A stretch of 64,000 nucleotides of DNA from Balanoglossus misakiensis. Lineage: Eukaryota > Animalia > Hemichordata. Below, piece by piece: positions 19,201-26,300 of this stretch. The stretch is from positions 124,001-188,000 of the forward strand of contig JBECUI020000025.1 in assembly GCA_040954595.2 (NCBI GenBank), read 5' to 3'. The notes beneath the pieces are model-generated. The model made no database searches. It saw nothing but the letters and a program-made list of their open reading frames with translations, and was not told where the DNA came from. Numbering within the stretch: position 1 is the first letter of the stretch; every line of letters begins with the position of its first letter. Position numbers and translations under genes: made by a program.

Positions 19201-22200
19201 AGTTATGGTAACTGTTGATTCCCTAGCTGGTGCATCTGTTGCGATAGAGATTGTCCCTGTTGTTGCATCAATGCTCCATCCAGTCGGTGTCGGATCCATG
19301 CTATAACTCAACCCTGCTTCCTGTGGGGCGGCTGTAACCGGTGTAGAGGTTCCTCCCCGCCTAAAATCTCCTCCCGAATAGACGAGATATATCTCCGTTG
19401 CCTTCTGATTGACTGTTACTGCCATCTCATGGCTTGCTGTACTCGTGTAGCCAGCAGCACTTGCTGTTATGCTCAGAGTATAACTCCCTGCTGATGTCGT
19501 ATCGGCAATAGATATTACTCCATCTGTTCCCACTGTAATGCCCGAGGCAGTGCCCGAAGCGATATAGCTCAACGCTAATCCTGCTATCGGTAGATTACTT
19601 AGGGCTGGACTCACTGAATCTGCTTCTCCATAAGTCGTTGTAATGCTATTTCGATTATACAGAAGCACATTGCTTAATCCCGGTACATTGACACTTACCG
19701 TTGCACGATTGCTCGAAACTGCACCTGCTGTTACCGTTATCGTGGCGCTGCCGTCTGTTATTGCCTCGACCCTTCCATCTGTTACTCGTACAACTGTATT
19801 AGCACTACTGACCCAACTTACTGAGGTATCGGCTACGTTGACCCAGAGGCTTCCCGGGACACTCAGCGTCAGGCTCTCTCCGACCGGAAGGCTTAGTGCA
19901 CTGATCGCTCCACTACTATCATGGATCTCTAATGGGCGTATTCCATTTGCAAGAAATGGTCCTGCCTCTGTCCAGTTACTGACCAATGTTGTTTCAACCG
20001 TATTGACTGCCTGAATACGAATATCGTACTCACTTGCTCCCGTTAACCCGGTAAGGGTAATGGTCGTATTCATGGTTGCCGGTGCATCCGTCCAGTCCGT
20101 ACTCCCGGATGGACGGTAGCCGACTGTGTACCTGCTCGCGACAAGGGTTCTTCCGCTATGCTCGTAGCCCTGCGTTCCAGACCAATTTACTTTGATCGAT
20201 CCAATATCCTTTACAATGCTATCCTTGACAATGCTCGCTACATCCACCGCTGCCGGGGCTGTTGCTAAAGACTGTACCGTAACACTTATCGTTGCCATGT
20301 TTGTGTCATCTGACACTGCTTTTGCGGTAATAATTGTCGTACCTGTGCCCTGTCCTTCAAGCTCCCCTCGAAGAAGTCCAAGACTCGTTACTTGAACAAA
20401 GGCATTATTGCTTTCCCAGGTAACACCGGTATTCTCGACATTCACCCAGAGAGTATTGGGAACACTGAGTGTCTTTCGCTCTCCAGGATAGAGAATCAGT
20501 GTAGTAATGGCTCCACTACTATCATGTATCTCTAATGGGCTGATCCCGTTCGCAAGAAATGGTCCTGCTTCTGTCCAGTTACTGACCAATGTTGTTTCAA
20601 CCGTATTGACTGCCTGAATACGAATATCGTATTCACTTGCTCCCGTTAACCCAGTGAGGGTAATGCTAGGGCTGGTGAGGATTGCCGGTGCATCCGTCCA
20701 TGCTCCAGTACTGCTACTGAGGCGATACTGCACCGTATAGGTACTCTCTGCGAAGTTTCCCTCGGCATTGGTTCCTTGAACATCAACCCAGTTCAGTTTC
20801 AAAAAGCCGATACTCTTCTCGCTTTCATCCTTGATAATGCTCTGTGCATCAACTGCTTCCGGTGCTCGTGCTCCTGACTGGGTGGTCGTGATGGTGTACA
20901 CGGGTGTTTCTACACTGACATCCCCATCTCCTACTGCACGAACAATGACATAGTAGTCCGTTTCGGGTGATAGTCCGATTATGCTCAGTGTCCATTTATT
21001 TATTTCCCCATTAAATACCGGATCTGCCTGCTTATTTCCCGCTTCAATCAGATCAACATTGCTATCTGAGAGATAGACCTCATATGTCAACGATGCGCTT
21101 GAGACCGCATTCCAGTTCAGATTTATGACCGTTGCCGATGCTGCATGTCCAAGTGAATCAAATCCGGCGACCGTAACACTTATTGCTGCTGTTTTCTGCG
21201 GATCGGCTACCGCCGCTGCACTGATACTTGCTGTTCCTTCCGTTATTCCCTGTACCAGTCCATCAACGACCCTGACCACTGCTTCATTGCTACTTGTCCA
21301 TGTTACGCTCGTATCATCCACATTGATCCAGAGCGTTGCAGGAACACTCAACTGCTGCGTTTCTCCTGCTGATATGCTTAACTCAGTAATTGCTCCACTG
21401 TTATCGTGTATCTCTAATGGTCGAATGCCATTCGTAAAAAATGATTCTTCTGTCCAGTTACTCATCATGTCTGTGTCAAAGGTACTGATTGCTTGTATAC
21501 GAATATTATACTCACTTGCTTCCTCTAACCCGGTAAGCGTGATCGTTGCTACTTGTACTGCTTCCCTCATCCACGCCTCTGTGGAACGGCGATACTCGAC
21601 CATGTAGGTACTATCAACAAAGTTTCCCTCGGCATTCTTTCCTCGGACATCAACCCAGTTCAGTTTCAGAGATCCAATCCCTTTTTCGCTTTCATCTTTG
21701 CTGATTACAGACACTTCCGGGGGGGCTTCTGCTCCCGATGTCCCCGTCGCGACCGGCTCCACGAGGCTTTCTGCGGTAATTGCTCCTGTTGCCTGAATAA
21801 ATACATAGTAGGCAGTCTCAGGTGTGAGTCCGGTTAGGCTGAGTGTCCACATACTTTGGATATCATCGTATGTTATCCCTTCTTGTTTGTTTGCCTCATC
21901 TTTGACCATTGCCTCATCCAAAGAAAAATAGACGCTATAGGCCAGTTCCTGCGGTGCAATGTCTTGCCACCAGATATCAATAGCTGTTGCTGATGCTTCA
22001 TAATGATGAATTTGCAGGGTTCCAATCCCTGTTTGCACCTCGGTCTGTATGGCGGTGCTCTGTCCTACTGCATAGACGGATATGACAGACACAGTATACT
22101 CTGTTCCCGGCTCCAAGCCACTGACGGTATACTCGTTTACATCACCTGTTACCATAATGTCTTCAAGTGCTATTCCACCTTTTGGTGTAATGCGAATAAG

Positions 22201-22674
22201 ATAATGTTCTACTGTTGTTGTTGTTGCCGGTGCGGTCCAGGTAACTGTCAGTCCTCTTTCTTCTGTTTGTGGTACTTGCACATTTGTAACACTACTTCCT
22301 TGTTCAACAAACTCTCCTGTTTGTTGGGTAGGAAGGGTAATTACTTCCGAAGTTCCCCCACCTTTATGTACGGTAAGCTCGACGGTGTAGGAGGTATTTG
22401 GAGCAAGAGTAAGTCCGGTAAATGTATGCGTAGTGCTCTCTGCGAGTTCTTCTGCAACAATCGACCCATCCGGTGCCTTGAGGGTAACGGTATAGGTATA
22501 AGCCTCCTGATCGGGAGGAGTCCATGAAACAGAAATCTCATCAGCAGCAGAAAAGCGAACTGAGAGATCAGAAGCAGGATTGACGAGGGGAGCGGTTGTA
22601 GTACCGGCACCACCACAAGAAAAAACAAAAGCAAACAAAACAACAAGGGTTGTTGTAATAAAAACTAAACGCAT
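16234..22674 (-). CDS. Giant surface lipoprotein B, near-identical tandem paralogue of A, 2146 aa
   Basis: Same RBS, start and lipobox as A. Colinear with A at an offset of 6859-6862 bp. Confidence 0.88.
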   Translation of the reverse strand: MRLVFITTTLVVLFAFVFSCGGAGTTTAPLVNPASDLSVRFSAADEISVSWTPPDQEAYTYTVTLKAPDGSIVAEELAESTTHTFTGLTLAPNTSYTVELTVHKGGGTSEVITLPTQQTGEFVEQGSSVTNVQVPQTEERGLTVTWTAPATTTTVEHYLIRITPKGGIALEDIMVTGDVNEYTVSGLEPGTEYTVSVISVYAVGQSTAIQTEVQTGIGTLQIHHYEASATAIDIWWQDIAPQELAYSVYFSLDEAMVKDEANKQEGITYDDIQSMWTLSLTGLTPETAYYVFIQATGAITAESLVEPVATGTSGAEAPPEVSVISKDESEKGIGSLKLNWVDVRGKNAEGNFVDSTYMVEYRRSTEAWMREAVQVATITLTGLEEASEYNIRIQAISTFDTDMMSNWTEESFFTNGIRPLEIHDNSGAITELSISAGETQQLSVPATLWINVDDTSVTWTSSNEAVVRVVDGLVQGITEGTASISAAAVADPQKTAAISVTVAGFDSLGHAASATVINLNWNAVSSASLTYEVYLSDSNVDLIEAGNKQADPVFNGEINKWTLSIIGLSPETDYYVIVRAVGDGDVSVETPVYTITTTQSGARAPEAVDAQSIIKDESEKSIGFLKLNWVDVQGTNAEGNFAESTYTVQYRLSSSTGAWTDAPAILTSPSITLTGLTGASEYDIRIQAVNTVETTLVSNWTEAGPFLANGISPLEIHDSSGAITTLILYPGERKTLSVPNTLWVNVENTGVTWESNNAFVQVTSLGLLRGELEGQGTGTTIITAKAVSDDTNMATISVTVQSLATAPAAVDVASIVKDSIVKDIGSIKVNWSGTQGYEHSGRTLVASRYTVGYRPSGSTDWTDAPATMNTTITLTGLTGASEYDIRIQAVNTVETTLVSNWTEAGPFLANGIRPLEIHDSSGAISALSLPVGESLTLSVPGSLWVNVADTSVSWVSSANTVVRVTDGRVEAITDGSATITVTAGAVSSNRATVSVNVPGLSNVLLYNRNSITTTYGEADSVSPALSNLPIAGLALSYIASGTASGITVGTDGVISIADTTSAGSYTLSITASAAGYTSTASHEMAVTVNQKATEIYLVYSGGDFRRGGTSTPVTAAPQEAGLSYSMDPTPTGWSIDATTGTISIATDAPARESTVTITANPSNSNYAAGSVSLTKSVSLSSAPNELLNLRPASSNTEVGYLPIAWDAPTNAGNLLAPDGSPAEVRYTLQVQHVSDRNWVTVASSITTTSHTVFLSPIPSRGGYGQALGVWSPGDIYLTPRDFWVRVRAENSADSSQTSSWLVGKVGSNGFVRSVTITDADGNEIPQEIEIHISERVQLLAVVEGTNVGSSVAWSSDTPTVVTASGGNILGVEVGTATIRATKSNRIDEVSVQVSRGALSGTVSYTDETIPVGEERILSPTLTVLPAWLTATDLTYVVGSIAKDGGGTLPGDDYSIAANGNITIQTYNLGVYTFTMDISHPSLDGTLASTFTVTVSGTQIEGSFSYGSLLMASVGTESFFPLYENTLTDPAPDWSITGATGLSIEGGTGRIIVADTTAAGEYQISITATGASTGYGGTVVQDLTLYVQGSAPATTFIYKSGMDARSQSYFSWGDIDNPFLFLTNKSDATGLSAQISIREENSGNIIFDTPAATITTSTDSTGGIIVGIGPAMTSSEWSTITEGRVRIAVELIDGTTSEQLVVGKPLQLPVEDIYNWRDLWAMRHKLDGAFVLKADITLPEPGTYGLPATGWAPIGTFTGSLSGSDGAGGRYKISNLKIDDPDRNNAGLFSILRGSVEDIVFIDPSISANAAAGVLAARLLSGRVESVSVQSTGTVVTADGTVEIGRSTGSYVGGIVGFIENGNLIAVDNSGSVFGPDDYIGGLVGSSENSTIIGFTTGNATGYQYVGGISGNEYNTNTYGYSTGDMSSTGIGFSNTGKVGGLTGVRSGSSSTPAYEISGYATGSESATTAAGGLFGLYNMVDDLFTGYSTASVHRSSGTGTSFSEITSVFGHATGARAYSYFDRTAVGTGPAPGLLYTAPLFLISPDSYATEVSAEANLVRRGTGTTADPYRYYDTKGTADTADDLEMFSDGNWVIHDAFGGETDADSNGLPDQLGEYVWVGDGRWPSLWDTTSGYYFGSQPEYKAQ

Positions 22675-22709
22675 CGTAACCTCCAAGCGTGAAAGAAAGT
22701 ATATAGAAT

Positions 22710-22737
22710 AGTATAATGAAAACAGCAAAAAAGTCAA
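22710..22737 (-). promoter_or_regulatory. Sigma70-like promoter of gene B
   Basis: TTGACT-N16-TATACT, identical to the gene A promoter. Confidence 0.6.
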
Positions 22738-22760
22738 GAAAAAACTATAAAATGACAAAT

Positions 22761-22777
22761 CCCCCCCCCCCCCCCCC
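22761..22777 (-). repeat. Poly-G tract (G17) upstream of gene B promoter
   Basis: 17 consecutive C on the + strand. Confidence 0.9.
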
Positions 22778-22962
22778 TAAAAACTCATATAGAAGAGGTT
22801 TTTGGGATGTCAAAATAAATATTATAGAGAAAAACTGCTGTGATATGTTTTATTTTGGAGATTTACTTTGGGTAATTTTAGTGAAATAATCTTGCTTGGT
22901 ACTCAATTTTTTTTGCATTTTTTTAAGAAAAATGAAATTTTTTATGAATCAAAGGGAAAATA

Positions 22963-23350
22963 TTCAAGCAAAACTGCAGTTTTCGCTGTAATTATTGATA
23001 CCGCCCCTGAAGGGTGGGGGTTGTGGATGGCGGGGCTCATACAAAAAATTTAAGTAAAAAATTAAGTATAAATTGTGAGAACAAGCCCCTACTGGTAGCA
23101 ACCGTTTGTGGAAACTTCAAGCAAAGGGGCAGGTTTTGTGGTAGTTATTGATACCACCCCTTGAAGGGTGGGGGCTGTGGATGGGGGAGCTCATACAAAA
23201 ATTTTAAGTATAATTTTAAGTAAAAATTAAAAGAACCCACCCTACAAGATCAATTCCTCCGCTCAAACTTCAATCAAATAGCCATATTTTGCAGTAGTAC
23301 GTTATACCGCCCCTGATGGGTGGGGGCTGTGGATGGCGGGGCTCATACAA
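22963..23350. repeat. Second intergenic array of the G-rich repeat (3 cores at ~22998, 23151, 23304; 153-bp period)
   Basis: ATACC(G/A)CCCCT..GGGTGGGGG.TGTGGATGG x3. The linker at 23200-23280 matches the linkers of the 9-kb array (CCTACAAGATCAATTCCT.CGCTCAAACTTCAATCAAA). Confidence 0.92.
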
Positions 23351-23351
23351 A

Positions 23352-23382
23352 GCAAACCCCTCTCCCAGAGGGAAAGGGGCTG
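23352..23382 (-). terminator. Probable terminator of lipoprotein C
   Basis: CCCCT.TCCC/GGGA.AGGGG hairpin just after the stop. Confidence 0.55.
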
Positions 23383-23395
23383 TACTTATTTCTAC

Positions 23396-26300
23396 CTATT
23401 CTTCCTTGTATATGGGTTGATCGCCAAAGTAGCGTTTCTCATCCGTATCCCAAAGCCCTGGTGCTTTGCCGTTTCCCAACCAGACCCAGTCTCCAAAATG
23501 ATCCGCAGTTCCTCCTGAGTTTTGATGAATGGTAAACCCATGTGTATTCGTAAACAGTTCCTTACCAGCAGTTATGGTAGTAGAATCGCCATCATCGTCC
23601 CAATAGGTGTACGGATCATCGGGAGTACCCGATCCTCGTCTTTCAAGGTTTCGCTCACTACTAAGCAGCCCATATTCGTGATTAATTAAAGTATTCGAAC
23701 TACTCAGTGCATAGTAGGCCTTGCCGGCGGATAATCCAGTAGTTACGGCACTATAATACCCATATAGTTCGAGTTTGTTTGCAATCCATATCTCACCCGT
23801 TAATCCTCCAAATCTTGCTTGATCCAATCCTATTCGTGTAATAAATGAAAGGCCTGTTAGTACTCTGGCATTCTCCGACTGCCCGGCTATCCCACCATAG
23901 GCAGGATAGGAATTTGTTCTTCTCACTTCGATCGTGGCAGTACTGTATCCAAAAGCATCCCAATTCCAAAGAGCTCCTACTAGTCCCCCTATACGGTTTG
24001 TTCCACTCACTTCCCCTTGCGAATAGCCGTAGACATTGCAGCCTGCATATCCGGCAAGCCCTCCTACATCCTCCTCACCAGTAATCTTTCCAAGTGAGTA
24101 CCCAGCAAGACGAGTCTCACTTTCTTCAGAATCTTGGGGGTCTTCAAAAATCTCTCCCGCAAGCCCTCCTGTATGGTCCTGTCCAATGACATCCCCACTT
24201 GTCCACCCCTCCACATGTGCATCTTTGGCTTGTCCAACAAGTCCACCAACCATACCCCCTACCGCACCATTCACATTTCCTGCATTTTCAACCTGCCTCA
24301 AATGCATACCATTACTTATACCCATTATGCCCCCAATATAAGTGCCAGTGTAATAGACATTAAGAGTTATTACACCGGTTGTTCTTACAACGTCTTGAGG
24401 TTTCGTTACCCGAATATGAACGGAGTCTACTGTTCCGCTTCTTCCTTCACCAGCAAGGACCCCTGCTATCCTCTTTGCATACACCGATGGATCAATAAAA
24501 ACAAGATTGCTTGCAAAATTTCCTGTAGCAAGTCCAAACAGTCCCGCTCGTGTTCTAGTTGTGTCGTTTATGACAAAATTGCGAATAACATATCCTGCCC
24601 CTCCGTTCAAGCTACCAGTAAAGGCAGCAGATGTCCTTCCTACCGGTATAAATCCAGTAGACGGTAGCCCGCTTATTCCCAGAGGAGGAAAGTCAATATC
24701 TGCTTTCAGTTCGTATGTACCATCCAGCTTGTCAGCCATTGCCTGAAGGTCTCGCCAGGTGTATATATCTCCATCACCACTCTTGCTTATCGAAACTGTC
24801 TTACTGTCGGAATTACTCCCGTCGGTAACACTGACTCTTATCTGAACGGTTGTTATTCCATTCAAGACCGCCCAGTTCCAATCCATGTTTTGCTGATTTG
24901 CTCCGATAGGACCTATGCCGACATTCCCTGCCGAATCAACCGTAACAGTATCTATGGTATCGCCACTATCGTAGAAGATGCTCGTTCCATCTCCTATCTC
25001 TATCTTTGCTGTTGTTCCCGTTCCCGTACTGTCTGCAAGACTAAAGAGGAAAGGATTGGCAATATCCCCAATGCTAAAGTATGCCTGTGATACTGCATGA
25101 AAGTTTCCTTTGTATATCAGATTACTGTCTCCAATATAAAGATACAGATCAACTGTTTTATCCTCATAGTTGTCCGTAAACAGAGTAACTTGCAGTTGGT
25201 ATCCACTCGGAACAGTGGTATCATCCACTGTTATTTCCCCTGTTCCTCCATTAATGCTTACACCCGAGATAGAAGGAGCCAAGCTGTATATCTTTGTTCC
25301 AGTATCAGTGGGAAGGTTATTTGTTTGTGGCAAATAAGTCGTCGTGGTATTACTCGGCACTCGAGCAAGAATGCCATAGTCGAATGCATCCACAGGAAGT
25401 GAAATTTTTGCCACTGTTCCTGAAAGAGCTGTCACGAGAACTCCGCTATAGCCACTATTTGTCGCTTCTATCTGTATCTCATACCTTCCTGCTGGTGCAC
25501 TAGTAGCCATTGTTACCATACCAGTTGCATCGATTGTTACTATCCCGGTAAAAGAGGGAAGAACAATGTCGTTTCGGCGTACCGATGTAATACTGTAACT
25601 CAAGAGATCGGCTGTTAATCCGCTCGGCAGATTTTCCACCGTTGCCGTATATGTTTTCGGGGCTACATCTTTATACGGATGATCAATAACCGGATAGGTT
25701 ATGGACCCAGTTATGGCATTCGATCCCACAACAATAATAGTCAGCTCGGCGGTACGTGTTCCGCCATAATTGCTATTTGTCGGGGTTGCAGTTACCCGTA
25801 CCGGATAGGTTCCAGATGCAACGGAAGCTGCTACTTGTATTGTTCCGTCAGCATCAATACTAATTTCAGCTGGAAGGCTACCTGAAATAGCAGTAATGCT
25901 ATACGTCGGAGCTGCTGCTGTAGGAATGGTATTCCTGATCGGCTGATAGGATTGTGCTACTCCCTCTCGTGCATCGGGAAGTGTCCCGTATGCCAAGTGG
26001 TACGTGTTAAGCTGGATAAGAGTTACTGATACGGTTGCACTAACAATTATTTCACCCCAATAGGTATCGTGGGTTATTTTAGTTTCTATCTGATATGTTC
26101 CCACTGGGACAGTCTTGTTGACGTATAATCTACCAAAATAGTTGTGATATTGATTGGAATTATAATTCGCAACAGAAAATCCTGACTGTTCTGGGGAAAC
26201 ACTGTGAAGTTCATAGTTCCACTCATGTTCTCCCTGAGCAATGTTCAGAAGAGGCTCTCTATTGTCTAAATGGTATATGCCCACAGTACCGTAAACTTTT

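Noticed and set aside
9375-22674. Diversity-generating retroelement (TR/VR pair)
   Set aside because: In the stretches compared, differences between A and B are not adenine-specific and include an indel. Both are full ORFs, and no reverse transcriptase is in the window.
8929-23350. Integron attC cassette array
   Set aside because: I found no RYYYAAC/GTTRRRY-bounded imperfect palindromes or integron integrase, and the genes have their own promoters and terminators.
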